From NCBI GenBank assembly GCA_963804165.1, contig CAWDPO010000015.1, positions 32,001-96,000 on the forward strand: a DNA stretch of 64,000 nt, in the 5' to 3' direction. Position numbers and translations under genes: made by a program. This stretch comes from an uncultured delta proteobacterium (lineage in GTDB: Bacteria > Desulfobacterota > Binatia > UBA9968). Shown here in pieces: positions 1 to 11,556 of the stretch. The notes below the pieces were generated by a model, which saw only the letters and a list, made by a program, of their open reading frames with translations, was not told the origin of the DNA and did not search any database. The stretch's first letter is position 1; every line of letters starts with the position of its first letter.

Positions 1-215
1 CGCACACCACGACGTTAAAATACCCATCACCGACACTTTTCTCAGCGACGGTTGCGGTCTCGGACGTTTAAGCTGCTCTGAAATGCGCCGCCAATGAGAA
101 ACAAGAATTCTCAATTAGTTTTTTGTTCTGCTACGAACCGACGATCCTTATTTCTTAGCAAGTCAATGAACCCTTCCTGAAGCTGCCATCGGCCGTTTTT
201 TGTCTCCGTTCTCTT

Positions 216-3200
216 ATGTCCCTCTACGTACCACTATGGTGTAAGAGCAATTTTTCTTTTCTCGAAGGCGCGAGTCATCCGGACGAATTGGTGGACGAAG
301 CCCATCGGCTTGGACTGCCGGCGATTGCGCTGACCGACCGAGACGGCGTTTACGGCGTCGTGCGCGCGCATGTGAAGGCGCGTGACCTGGGCATGAAGCT
401 CATCATCGGCTCCGAGGTCACGGTGGAAAATAATTCCACGATCGTGCTGCTGGCGCAGGACCGCGGCGGCTATGCAAATCTCTGTAGGCTCATTACCAAA
501 GGACGACTGCGTTCGGAGAAAGGCGAGAGTGCAGTCGGTTGGGATGAAATTTGCGCACATGCAGCGGGATTGGTTGCGTTGTGGAGCGGTCAGGACACGA
601 ATCTGGATTCCCGCTTTCGCGGGAATGACGGAAAAAAAAGCGAAAGCGGACGGGCCAACATCGCTGCCGGTTCGGATCAAGTCGTCGGCGATTTGCACGA
701 CGCTTTCGCTGATCGGCTTTATGGCCTGATGGCGCGGCACCGGCGCGAGGAAGAAATCAATCAGGAAGTGCGTTTGCGCGCACGGGCGGCGCGATTTGAC
801 ATTCCGTTAGTCGCAGCCAACGAGGTGCTCTATCACAGCGCTGCGCGCCGCCGTTTGCAGGATGTGCTGACGGCGATTCGCCACGGCATCCCGGTCGCGT
901 CTTGCGGCACGAAATTAAAGCCAAATGCCGAATATGGATTAAAGCCGCCTTACGCTTTTGGGCGTCTTTTCGGCGACGAACCCGCGGCGATCGATCGGAC
1001 ACTGGAAATTGCCGAGCGCTGTAATTTCTCTCTCAACGAAATTCGCTATCGTTATCCGTCGGAGCAGTTGCCGGACGGCACGACATCGGCCGGGTGGCTA
1101 AGGCGGCAGACATTGAACGGCGCGCGGCGGCGCTATGGCGAGCGGATTCCGAATGACGTTGCAACGCAGATCGACAAAGAGCTGGAGATCATCGAGGCGC
1201 TCGATTATCCCGGTTATTTCCTCACCATGTGGGAGATTGTCGAGTTCTGTCGCGCCCACGATATTCTCTGCCAAGGCCGCGGCTCGGCAGCGAACTCCGC
1301 CGTCTGTTATTGCTTGGGCGTAACCGCTGTTGATCCGGTGCGCATGAAATTGCTGTTCGAGCGCTTTATCTCCAAAGAACGCGCCGAGCCGCCGGACATC
1401 GATCTCGATATCGAACATGACCGGCGCGAAGAAGTGATCCAGCACGTCTATCAAAAATACGGCCGCGACCGCGCCGCGATGGTCGCCAACGTGGTGCGCT
1501 ACCGCTCGCGCTCGGCATTGCGCGACGTCGGCAAGGCTTTAGGACTTTCCGAAACCGCTCTCGATCGAGTGGCGAAGTTTCTTTCTTCCTACGAGAACGT
1601 GCGGCCCGAAGTGCTCGCACAGATGGGCATCGATCCGACCGACGGCTTGCACGAGCATTTGCTTCAGATCTCCAATGAGATTTTAGATTTTCCACGCCAC
1701 TTGTCGATTCACCCTGGCGGCTTTCTGCTCGGCCACGAGCCGGTGCACGACATGGTGCCGATCGAGAATGCGACCATGCCGGAGCGTACGGTGATTCAGT
1801 GGGACAAGCTCGACGTCGAGGATCTGGGACTGTTCAAAGTCGATTTGCTTGGTCTTGGCGGCCTTACGCAGCTCGATCTCTGCTTCAAGCTTTTGCGCGA
1901 GCATCGCGGCGTCGAGCTGTCGATGGCGACGATTCCCGCGGACGATAAACTGACGTTCGACATGATCTGCATGAGCGACACCGTGGGCGTGTTTCAAATC
2001 GAAAGCCGCGCGCAGATGGCGATGTTGCCACGGCTGAAGCCACGAAATTTTTACGACCTCGTGATCGAGATCAGTATCGTTCGACCCGGGCCGATCACCG
2101 GCGGCATGGTGCACCCATATCTGCGCCGGCGCCAAAACAAGGAAGTGGCGAAATCTCCCCATCCGTTATTGGACACTGTGTTGGAGAAAACCCTCGGGGT
2201 GCCGCTGTTCCAAGAACAAGTGATGCGGCTCGCGATGGTGGTGGCGGATTATACGCCGGGTGAAGCCGACCAATTGCGCCGCGACATGGCGGCGTGGCAT
2301 CGCACCGGACGGATGGAGCGCCATCGCGAGCGGCTGATCACGCGCATGCAATCGAAAGGCATCGCCGTCGAATTCGCCGAGCGCGTGTTTGAGCAGATTC
2401 GTGGTTTCGGCGAGTACGGTTTTCCCGAAAGTCACGCAGCGAGCTTTGCGCTGATTGCTTACGCTACAGCTTGGCTCAAATGCCACTATCCGGCGGAGTT
2501 CGCCTGTGCGTTGCTCAACGCTCAGCCCATGGGATTTTACATGCCGGCGACGATTGTCGAGGACGCCAAACGCCACGACGTTGCCGTTCGGTCTCTCGAC
2601 GCGCAAATCAGCGAGTGGGATTGCACTCTGGAGCCGTGCGCTGAAAGTAGCGGCGGTTTCGCCGTGCGCATGGGGCTCAGATATGTGAAGGGACTCGGCG
2701 AAGGAGAATGGGACAGAATCGTCGAAGCACGCGGCGTTGCGGCGTACGCATCACTACGGGATTTTGCCCGATGCACCGGGTTGGATGAAGGCTCTCTTAC
2801 CGCGTTGGCGGAGGCGGGGGCGTTCGATAGCTTTGGCATCGACCGGCGCACGGCGCTCTGGGATGTGCGGCGCTGGCACGTGCGCAGAAAGATTCTTTGT
2901 CATTGCCGGCGCGCGAGCGCCAACCGGAGTTCGCGCCTTTGACCGACTTCGAAGAAGTCGGCTGGGATTATCGCCGCACCTCGCACAGCGCGCGGCGCCA
3001 TCCGCTCGAACCGATGCGCGCCGAGTTTGATTCGCCAAGGTCTTCCGGATGCGCGCACGGTCGCGGCGATGAAAAACGGTGAGAAGATTCGCTACGCCGG
3101 TTTGGTGATTTGCCGGCAACGGCCCGGAACCGCGGGCGGTGTGGTGTTTATGACGCTCGAAGATGAAACCGGTTTCGTAAACGTCGGTGATTTGGGAAAG

Positions 3201-3363
3201 CGTATTTCAACGCTATGCGGTGTTGGCGAAGACCGTGAGCTTTCTCGGCATCACCGGCAAGCTGCAAGTCGAAGACGGAGTCGTGCATCTGGTGGCGGAA
3301 GAATTATGGGAGCCGCGAGTGGAGCTAAAACCGGCGAGCACGCGCAGCCGGGATTTTCATTAG
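216..3363 (+). CDS. dnaE2: Error-prone DNA polymerase III alpha subunit DnaE2 (frameshifted near the 3' end)
   Basis: PHP domain ([22 protein letters not shown]), polymerase motifs [10 protein letters not shown] and PPDIDLD, GFPESHA, OB fold [20 protein letters not shown], and the diagnostic C-terminal SRDFH-stop (AGCCGGGATTTTCATTAG ending at 3363). ORF pieces 216-2942, 2897-3082 and 3027-3398 imply several indels. Confidence 0.93.
603..629. repeat. REP/RPE-like palindrome embedded in frame in dnaE2
   Basis: CTGGATTCCCGC-TTTC-GCGGGAATGAC with a perfect 8-bp stem, translated as [10 protein letters not shown] related intergenic copy lies at 16385-16473. Confidence 0.8.
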
Positions 3364-3390
3364 AAAGGGAAATTTCACCACAGAGGCGCA

Positions 3391-5260
3391 GGACATGAGA
3401 AAAAATACCCGGCGGCTCAGGGGCGTAGTATATATAGGAGCATACTGAAGTTCAGAGCAAGAGCCGGACTCTTATAATAGAAGTCAGACGTGAAGCGGAG
3501 CGGACGAGGAGAAAAGAGAGTGGGGATTGAACAAGGGAGATTGGCGGGGTGTGAAGCGGCGGTTTTGAGTGAAGCTGAAGGGGAAGGCAGGCCGAAGTCT
3601 GAAGCCAGGTTTAGCAAGCCGCGCAACGAAGTGATCGACCGCGAGCAGCTGTGTTGGCGGCGGGTGGATGTAGAGCGGCTGATCGGGGAAGAGCATGCGG
3701 CGCGAGCGATCTGGGAATTTGTTGGGCGGCTGGATATGAGCGGGTACCGAGAAGAGGTTCGAGCGGTGGAGGGCAAAGCGGGACGGCCCGGGTGGGAGCC
3801 GCGGTTACTGATCAGCCTGTGGGTGTATGCGTACAGTCAAGGAGTCGGATCAGCGCGAGCGATCGAAGAGTTATGTGAATGGGAGCCGGCCTACCAGTGG
3901 CTGACGGGATCAAGAGTGGTCAATGCCCATACGCTATCGGACTTTCGCGTCAAGCACGACAAGGCGCTCCAAGGATTGTTCGTCCAGATCCTGGGGCTGT
4001 TGAGTGCCGATGGACTGATCACGCTGGAACGGGTGATGCAGGACGGGACCAAGATTCGAGCGAAGGCGGCCCAGGATAGTTTTCGGAGAAAAGAGCGAGT
4101 CGAACAAGCGCTCAAAGAAGCCAAGGAGCAAGTCGCCGCGCTCCAAGCGCAGAGCGAAGAGGAAACCAGCCGGCGCATGGCCACGGCACGCCAGCGAGCG
4201 GCCCGCGAACGCCAGGAGCGGTTGGAGCAGGTGCTTAAGGAATTTGAGCAACTGGAGAAAGAAGGCAAGGACAAAGAGCACAGACGAGTCAGCACGAGTG
4301 ATCCTGAGGCGCGAGTGATGAAGCAACCTGACGGTGGCTTTGCGCCGAGCTACAACGTGCAGATCGACACCGATGCGAAGAACTGTGTGGTGGTGGCGGT
4401 GGGAGTGGTGCAAGCGGGCAATGACTTCGAGCAATTGGAGCCTGGGATTGACCGAGTGCAACGGAACCAAGGCGAGACCCCTAAAGAGGTGGTCACCGAC
4501 GGAGGATTTGTCAGCCGAGATACGATCGTGGCGATGAAGCGGCAGGCCATAGAGTACATCGCCCCCTGTGTCGATGAGGCGGGCAAGGGACAGAGTTCCT
4601 ATGACAGCCGCGGCGTGAGCGCCGAGTATCAAAGTTCCCAGTTTATCTACGATGCCCAGAGCAATAGTGATCGCTGTCCGCAGGGAAAGATACTCTCGTA
4701 CGAGGGCAAAGAAGAGCGCCACCTGCAGCTGAGCTAGCGGTATCGAGCGCAGAGATCGGACTGCGAGGGATGTCCGATGAAGAGCCAATGTTGTCCTGGG
4801 AATCGAGTGACGGGGCGATCGGTGCATCGCAGCGAAGAGTTGGCCGAAGTGGCTGAGTTTCGCCACAAGATGCAGAGCGAAAGAGCGCGCGAGATCTACA
4901 AAACCAGAGCGCAGGTGGCCGAGACGCCCAATCTGTGGATCAAGGCGAAGTTTGGGCTACGCCAGTTCAGCGTGCGCGGGTTAGTCAAGGTGGGGATGGA
5001 GGCGTTGTGGGCTTGTCTAACTTATAACATCCGCATCTGGATTCGTCTGTGCTGGAGACAAGTGGCAACGGTACCCGCGTCCTGAAAAGGGAGAAGCAGC
5101 TCGTGTAGAGGGGAAAATCGCGAGTTGGGGCGGCTAATGAGCCCAACAGCGTGTCCGAATCGGCTCAACCACTGAGCACGGATGGTTTTTCTGCAACTGA
5201 GAAAACCGCCGACATGCGAGAACGACTCACGTCGCCAAGTTTCGATTTTTTCTCACGACC
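3391..5260 (+). mobile_element. IS1182-family insertion sequence
   Basis: Terminal inverted repeats GGACATGAGAAAAAA (3391) and TTTTTTCTCACGACC (5260; reverse complement GGTCGTGAGAAAAAA). GCA is duplicated at 3388-3390 and 5261-5263. A transposase lies inside. Confidence 0.88.
3490..5085 (+). pseudogene. IS1182-family transposase with an in-frame TAG at 4735-4737
   Basis: DUF772-like N-terminus (GRPGWEPRLLISLWVYAYSQGVGSARAIE), DDE motifs (QDGTKI, STSDPEARVM, TDGGF) and C-terminal R..VAET...IK..FG.RQF..RGL. The 4777-5085 ORF is in the same frame as 3490-4737. Confidence 0.88.
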
Positions 5261-5503
5261 GCAGAGAACGCAGAGAGAAAATCCTCTCGGGAAACTCCGT
5301 ATTACTTAGTTGAAAATTTGCGCGACCTACGCAAATGATCTGGAAGCTCAAAGCACTCGGAGTCGGAAATTCCTCCCGCCAAGGCGCAAAGTCGCCAAGT
5401 TTAGAGGGGAAGATGAAAACTCTTACGAATGGCGGACTTTGCGTCTTTGCGCGAGATAATCCGATTGGGTTGCGGCTCTGCCGCGCTGGGTCTCCGCGGT
5501 GAA
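5261..5503. repeat. Nested REP-like palindromic repeats; the left arm is split by IS1182 and starts at about 3374
   Basis: The rebuilt left arm TTCACCACAGAGGCGCAGAGAACGCAGAG pairs with ...TCTCCGCGGTGAA at about 5491-5503. An inner pair CGCCAAGGCGCAAAG / CTTTGCGTCTTTGCG is also present. Confidence 0.65.
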
Positions 5504-5517
5504 TATTTAGGTTTTGG

Positions 5518-6612
5518 TTAGGCCACCGCTTTGGTTTCGGCTTTTTCTACTCGGGCTTTGAGCCGCGGATAAAAGCGCAGAGGGTTGTCCCAGAAGATTT
5601 TCCGCTTCAGCTCGTCGCTGACGTCCTTTCGATTGATCAGATTCGGGATGTCGCGGCTGAAGTCGCGTTGATCGCGCTCGTGCGGATAGTCGGACGCCCA
5701 GATGAGTGCGTTCTCATTCGCCACCTGTGCCGCCAGAGGCAGCGCCGATTCTTCGACTTCGACGGCGAAAAAGATGTTCCCTTTCTTGACGTATTCGCTT
5801 GGCTTGAGCTTGCAGCGCGGCGAGTAGTGGCCCTTGCGCTCTTGCTCTTCGTCCATGCGATCCATCATGTAGGGCACCCAACCGACGCCGCATTCGATGC
5901 AGCCGAATTTGAAGTTTGGAAATAGTTCAAACACGCCCTCGAACATGAGCGCGGTGAATTGGCGAATCTGGGCGAAAGGATGTTCCAACGTGTGGCCGAT
6001 GGTGAAATTGTTCACCATGTCGAGACCGAGCGCCGGCATGCTCAGTCCGCCGTGGGTCGAAACCGGCACGTCGAGCTTCTGCGCCTCTTCCCAAAGCGGA
6101 TAAAACTCAGGACCGCTGTAAAGTCTTCCGGCCGGAGCGACTGCGGGCAACACGGCGCCGACCATGCCCAATTCATTCACCGCGCGACGCAGCTCTTTCA
6201 CTGCTTCAGAAATATCCTGGATCGGCAGAAGCGCGACGCCGACCAGACGCGGGCTGACTTTCATGAACTTGTGACAGAGCCAGTCGTTGTAGGTGCGCGC
6301 CATGCAGATCGCCCAGTCTTTGTCCTGGATTGCGCCGTGGGTCAAACCTTGCGTCGGATACAGAACGGTCAGTTCAATCTTGTTGATGTCGAGAAAGTTC
6401 AACCAATCCTTCGCATGCGGGCCGGTACCACCGCCCGCCCAACCGCCCGGCTTGCGTAGCGAACGTAGGAAACCGTCCATCGTGAGTCCGGGCCAAAACG
6501 AGTAGCTTTGGTGCCATTCGAGATCCTTGTACGGCGGGCCGATGAATTCGCGCAGCTCGCTGTCGAGTTCCATCACATGTCCGTCGGCATCGATGATGCG
6601 ATAATCAGCCAT
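5518..6612 (-). CDS. Amidohydrolase_2 family metal-dependent hydrolase/decarboxylase
   Basis: IIDADGHVME N-terminus, VSTHG, CIECGVGWVPY, WASDYPH. Start placed at MADYRIID. Confidence 0.88.
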   Translation of the reverse strand: MADYRIIDADGHVMELDSELREFIGPPYKDLEWHQSYSFWPGLTMDGFLRSLRKPGGWAGGGTGPHAKDWLNFLDINKIELTVLYPTQGLTHGAIQDKDWAICMARTYNDWLCHKFMKVSPRLVGVALLPIQDISEAVKELRRAVNELGMVGAVLPAVAPAGRLYSGPEFYPLWEEAQKLDVPVSTHGGLSMPALGLDMVNNFTIGHTLEHPFAQIRQFTALMFEGVFELFPNFKFGCIECGVGWVPYMMDRMDEEQERKGHYSPRCKLKPSEYVKKGNIFFAVEVEESALPLAAQVANENALIWASDYPHERDQRDFSRDIPNLINRKDVSDELKRKIFWDNPLRFYPRLKARVEKAETKAVA

Positions 6613-6790
6613 CTTCTTGTGCTCCTTCCAGGAATTCTTTGCCGCCAGAGGCAGCGCATCGCGACGATTACGTTCCGAATCATAGGTGGACCTCGATCTA
6701 CTGTCAACGAATCTCCTCATTTCGTTGACAGTCCTTTAGCGCGGTGTTAAGTGACCGCATAAAAAGCGACGCATGGGGGAGGTAAGGACG

Positions 6791-7537
6791 ATGCGCTTCA
6801 AAGATAGCTCCGTGGTCATCACCGGTGGGGGCGGGAAGATCGCAAAAGCATACGCGGTCGCCTTCGCCAAAGAAGGCGCCAAGGTCGCGCTGCCTGACAT
6901 TGCCAGCGCCGATCACGTGGTGAAAGTCATCCGAGACATGGGCGGGACCGCCATCAGCATGGCTTGCGACGTTTCGGATGAGAAAAGCGTGAAAGGGATG
7001 GTGGAAGAAACGGTGAAGCATTTTGGCACCGTCGACATTCTCATCAACAACGCGGCCTATTTTATGACCGTCTGGAAAGGGCCGTTTTGGGAAATGACCG
7101 TGGAGGAGTTCGACAAAGCGATGGCGGTCAACGTGCGCGGCTCGTGGTTGTGCGCAAAGGCCGTCGTTCCCCACATGCAAGAGCAGAAAAAGGGAAAGAT
7201 CATAAACATTTCATCCAACGTCGCTCTCACTGGCAATCCCAACTACATTCACTACGTCACTTCAAAGGGAGCGATCATCTCTATGACCCGCGCCATGGCG
7301 CGCGAGTTGGGAGACTGGAATATTTGTGTCAACACAGTGAGCCCAGGATTCGTGGTCACCGAGGGCCGCCATGTCGATCCCGAGTATGAAAAAATTCGCG
7401 CCCAGCAACGCAGTTTAAAACGTTCTCAGGTCGAAAATGATCTGGTCGGGACGGTCTTATATCTCTCCTCTGCAGAGAGTGATTTCATGACCGGACAACT
7501 CCTGAACGTGGACGGTGGGTATCACTTCGTCGGATGA
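6791..7537 (+). CDS. Short-chain dehydrogenase/reductase (SDR)
   Basis: VITGGGGKI, DILINNAA, YVTSK catalytic motif, VNTVSPG, TGQLLNVDGG. Confidence 0.92.
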   Translation: MRFKDSSVVITGGGGKIAKAYAVAFAKEGAKVALPDIASADHVVKVIRDMGGTAISMACDVSDEKSVKGMVEETVKHFGTVDILINNAAYFMTVWKGPFWEMTVEEFDKAMAVNVRGSWLCAKAVVPHMQEQKKGKIINISSNVALTGNPNYIHYVTSKGAIISMTRAMARELGDWNICVNTVSPGFVVTEGRHVDPEYEKIRAQQRSLKRSQVENDLVGTVLYLSSAESDFMTGQLLNVDGGYHFVG

Positions 7538-7668
7538 GAATTTAAATCATTTTTCAACGGTAGAAGCCTCGGGTCCGTTTAATTCTCAGGCCAGGGCGGA
7601 CTAAAACTGCAGTTTTTTGACCGCAGTTTAGTTTGTCAGTTGTTTGGCCGCGGATTAGAATACGGCGT

Positions 7669-9414
7669 ATGGTCGATCAAGATCGCTCAGAACACCGCCC
7701 ACAATTCCCGGTATCTTTTCTCAACTACGCCCCGGTGCCACTAACATTCGGCACCAGTGGGTTGCGCGGCCTGGTCAAAGACATCACCGACCTCGAAGCT
7801 TACATCAACGTCAAAGGGACGCTACGTTACTTGTTGGCCATCGGCGATATTCGGGCCAAAAGCACTGTGGTCATCGCCGGCGACCTCCGCCCGAGCACCG
7901 ACCGGATCATGCGCGCGTCAATTCAAGCTATTATCGACCTGGGATTACTAGTCGAGAACGCCGGCAAGATTCCTACGCCTGCGTTGGTTGCGCGAGCTAT
8001 TTCCAATGGACACGCCGGTGTGATGGTGACCGGTAGTCATATTCCCTTCGATCGTAACGGCATAAAAATCAATAAGAGCGCTGGCGAGGTGCTGAAATCT
8101 GATGAGGCCGGTATCATCGCCGAGGTGGAACGGATTCGAGCTGAAGAGTATGGCCGCAACGCGGAAACGTCGATGTTCGACGCCTCCGGCATGCGCAAAC
8201 ACGCGCCCGAATTACCGACGCTCGATCACGCCGCCGAGGATGCTTATGTGACTCGCTACTTGAATTGCTTCCCCCACGGCGGTCTTTCCGGCATGCGGGT
8301 GCTCGTTTATCAGCATTCCGCCGTGGGGCGCGACATCTTGGCGCGGATCCTCCGTGAGCTCGGCGCTGAAGTCGTGACCGTCGGGAGGAGCGATACATTC
8401 ATTCCCATCGATACCGAAAATATCACCGACGAGCAGCTCGACCGTTTGCAGGAATTCGTCAATGCCGTCGAGGCGGATGGCGGCGCGGCACATGCCATCG
8501 TGTCCACCGACGGCGACTCGGACCGGCCGCTGGTGACCGCGGTGTTGCCTACGGGCAGCGCTATGCCAAACGGCAAGCGCGTGCGCTTTTTGCCTGGCGA
8601 TTTACTCGGCGTCGTGGTTGCCGAGTATCTGCGCGCGGATGCGGCGGCGGTTCCGATCAGCGCCAACGACGCCGTCGAGCGCCGCTTGCGCGAACGGAAT
8701 ATCTTGCTTGAAAAGACCAAAATCGGTTCGCCGTACGTGATCGCCGCGCTCGACGAGTTGCGTGGCTCTGGAAAATTCCAACGAGTCGTCGGCTGGGAAG
8801 CGAACGGCGGTTTTTTGACCGGCAGCGATATCATAGTAGGGGAATCCAGGCTGGCGGCGCTGCCGACGCGCGATGCGATATTGCCGATCTTGGCGAATTT
8901 GTTCGCGGCCGCGCAGCAGGGGATCAGCTTATCCGCTCTATGGGATCGTTTGCCCACGCGTTTAGGACGGGCTGGATTGATCGATAATTTTCCCGTAAGC
9001 GCGAGCCAAGCCATTCTTGCCCACCTGATTTCGTCCGGGGACACCATCATCGAAGTGGAGTTCGATGACGCAGGCGGAATTATCGATCGCACGCGCGCGG
9101 GTGGGAGCTCCGTCCGACTGACGGGCCGAGTTGCCCAAGAGTGGCAACAATGCAAAGTGATTTTACAGAGTTTTTTTACCAGCTCGCAGGGATTCGACGA
9201 GATCGTGCGTATCAACGTTCTCGACGGCGTGCGCATATATTTTCGTAATGGCGACGTCGCGCACGTCCGGCCATCGGGCAACGCGCCTCAGCTGCGAATT
9301 TATGCCAATGCCGATTCACAAGCGCGCGCCGACGAAATCGTCAACCTAGCGGTGTGCGAACCTGACGGAATTTTGCGTCAGATGGAACGAGCGTTCACGA
9401 AAAATACGGCGTAA
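7669..9414 (+). CDS. Phosphomannomutase/phosphoglucomutase
   Basis: FGTSGLRG, VTGSHIP (phosphoserine loop), STDGDSDR (metal loop), GWEANGG, HVRPSGNAPQLRIY. Confidence 0.92.
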   Translation: MVDQDRSEHRPQFPVSFLNYAPVPLTFGTSGLRGLVKDITDLEAYINVKGTLRYLLAIGDIRAKSTVVIAGDLRPSTDRIMRASIQAIIDLGLLVENAGKIPTPALVARAISNGHAGVMVTGSHIPFDRNGIKINKSAGEVLKSDEAGIIAEVERIRAEEYGRNAETSMFDASGMRKHAPELPTLDHAAEDAYVTRYLNCFPHGGLSGMRVLVYQHSAVGRDILARILRELGAEVVTVGRSDTFIPIDTENITDEQLDRLQEFVNAVEADGGAAHAIVSTDGDSDRPLVTAVLPTGSAMPNGKRVRFLPGDLLGVVVAEYLRADAAAVPISANDAVERRLRERNILLEKTKIGSPYVIAALDELRGSGKFQRVVGWEANGGFLTGSDIIVGESRLAALPTRDAILPILANLFAAAQQGISLSALWDRLPTRLGRAGLIDNFPVSASQAILAHLISSGDTIIEVEFDDAGGIIDRTRAGGSSVRLTGRVAQEWQQCKVILQSFFTSSQGFDEIVRINVLDGVRIYFRNGDVAHVRPSGNAPQLRIYANADSQARADEIVNLAVCEPDGILRQMERAFTKNTA

Positions 9415-9475
9415 TTTCCTTGGTGGCGCGCCATCTTCTCGTGACGAAAGTTTCGAGGATGGGCGGCAATCCCCG

Positions 9476-10534
9476 TCAATATCCGCGTTGCCAGTCGATC
9501 ACGTTTTCCAGCGGTTGGCCTTCCAGATAGCGCGCCAAGTTGTCGCAGAATAAATTTCACGCCTTGATGCTCGGAGACGTCTGTAACCGCGGAAACATGG
9601 GGCGTGATGACGACGCGCTTATCGTCCCACAGGAGCGCATCGGGGGCGCGATCAAATTCACCGTCATAGACGTCAAGTGCCGACGCCGCGAAGTTTGCCC
9701 TCAGCCAGAGCGACGCAGAGCCTTTTCGTCGATGATCTCGCCGCGAGAAATGTTGACTAAAACAGTTCCTGGTTTCATCGCTATGAAAGCCTTTTGTCCG
9801 ATAAGGTGCTTCGTCTCCTTTGTCCACGGACAACAAACGGCAACGAATTCACTCTCGCCCAGCAGTTCATACAATGCGTCGGCGCATTCCAGGCGCGTAA
9901 AGGCGTAGAGGTATGCGGCGCCCGGTGCGATGCTCCGCCGTGTGCCGACGACACGCATCCCGGCCGCCGCGCAGAGCTTCGCGACTTCCTGGCCGATCCC
10001 TCCCGCGCCGACAACGCAGACAGTCTTGTCGCGAATGATTATCGGATCGTAAGTGTGATGATCGAAACTGTGCCGCCGTTGATCGCGGTAACTCAAGTGA
10101 AAGCCGCGAGAAAAATGGAGAAAGCTCGCCAATACATACTCGGCCATGGGGCGCCTATTGGTAAGCCCCCGTGAAGTGGTCACGATAACATCGGAACCCC
10201 AGAGATCGGTATCCAGAAAATTGCTCGCTCCCGCGGGAGTTTCGTGGACCCATTTCAAGAGTGGTGCGCGGGCGCGTATATCCTTTAATGGCGGCCAGCC
10301 GATCAGCACGACCTCGGCGCAAGCCAGCGCATGGTTGCGCTGATCGAGACTTGTCGGAGGATACTTCCGATTACCGAGATACCGATCAATGGTCCATTGC
10401 GGCCAAGTAGCGCGCAGCTCGGCATCAAACCATCCCCTGGCATCGACGACTTTGACTCGTGCATTGACGTCGGCAATTCGGTCGAGCACCTCGTTCGGCA
10501 CTTGCGGGATTACCAACACTTTGACGCTCTCCAT
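9476..10534 (-). CDS. D-2-hydroxyacid dehydrogenase family protein (frameshifted)
   Basis: VVGAGGIG, VNISRGEIIDE, then in shifted frames ALDVY..ITPHVSA and DWQRGY-stop. Confidence 0.85.
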
Positions 10535-10773
10535 AGGGCACGTTATCTAGAGGCGGATTCGAGAGACACAATAGAGATTTTCTGGTACAAATTCAGAGCG
10601 GTGGAACGCCGACACTGTATATTCACTCCCTTGCCTCAGGGATAAACTAAATCAAGCCCAGTTTCCTACCACGGTAGCAACGGAAAGATCCGGGGCATGC
10701 ACCAGCAACTCTGAGTTCGTCTCTCGCGTAATGATTTCCGCGACCGACCGCGATCGACTGCATCTCCGAATGC

Positions 10774-11304
10774 CTACTGACCCGATGACGGTTCGAGTCG
10801 GACAGTGGCGGTACCCGAATCTACCATGTCCAGTGCTTTTGCCGCCGCCTGCGATAGATCGATGATGCGATTTTCGACGAAAGGGCCACGATCAGTAATC
10901 TCTACTTCCACAGACTTTCCATTGGCGAGATTAGTAACCTTGATCTTGCTACCGAAGGGTAGGCTTGCATGTGCGGCGGTAAGCCTGGCTTGATCATAAA
11001 TTGTTCCGCTGGCCGTCTGTTTCCCTTGATGTTGCGCGCCATACCAGGAAGCTTGCCCGGTTTGTGGCAATTTCTCTGGTACGGCGGGAGGTTTCTTAGC
11101 CGTGGGTTGAGCGGGTGCAGGTCGGCCCGGTGTTTCGACCGGCGCGGCAATATCCGGCGGACGTTGAAGCAATGCGCAGCCCTGAGAAAGCAGCAGACCT
11201 AAACAGCTCGCTAATAGACACGAGCGCTTCTCGGAAAAACCGCTGGCAACGAATCTGAGTAGCGACAAAGAGAAACCATTCGCCATCTGCACCTCGTATG
11301 GCAT
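10774..11304 (-). CDS. rlpA: Septal ring lytic transglycosylase RlpA family lipoprotein
   Basis: GQASWYG, TASG, TAAHASLPFGS, ITDRGPF, RIIDLSQAAA (DPBB domain), preceded by a lipobox-like SQGC. Confidence 0.88.
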   Translation of the reverse strand: MPYEVQMANGFSLSLLRFVASGFSEKRSCLLASCLGLLLSQGCALLQRPPDIAAPVETPGRPAPAQPTAKKPPAVPEKLPQTGQASWYGAQHQGKQTASGTIYDQARLTAAHASLPFGSKIKVTNLANGKSVEVEITDRGPFVENRIIDLSQAAAKALDMVDSGTATVRLEPSSGQ

Positions 11305-11556
11305 TTCGCCTATGTTAACAAGGCAAGCCGCCGTGGTCTACCGTCTGAATTTGAGTTTCAACAACGGGACAAGTCAAGCCTGATTGTCGTTTTGTAAGTG
11401 CGGCTGAAAATGCTGATGGGTTGGGGGGAATAACCAAAGAACGATTTGAGGTGTCGGGAGTCTTTTTCAGTTTCGAACCAACAGGTTCACTTTGATGGCT
11501 TACGAAGTTTTGAAATGTTAAATCTAAATCACTCTTACAACGTCCGAAGCTGGGGG

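Noticed and set aside
1-215. imuA/imuB or a LexA box upstream of dnaE2
   Set aside because: No recognisable ImuB C-terminus or SOS box in the available 215 bp; any cassette would lie outside the window.
3934-4866. 310-aa - strand ORF
   Set aside because: Antisense shadow of the IS1182 transposase.
8310-9281. 323-aa - strand ORF
   Set aside because: Antisense to the phosphomannomutase, with the Ser/Ala-rich composition typical of shadow frames.
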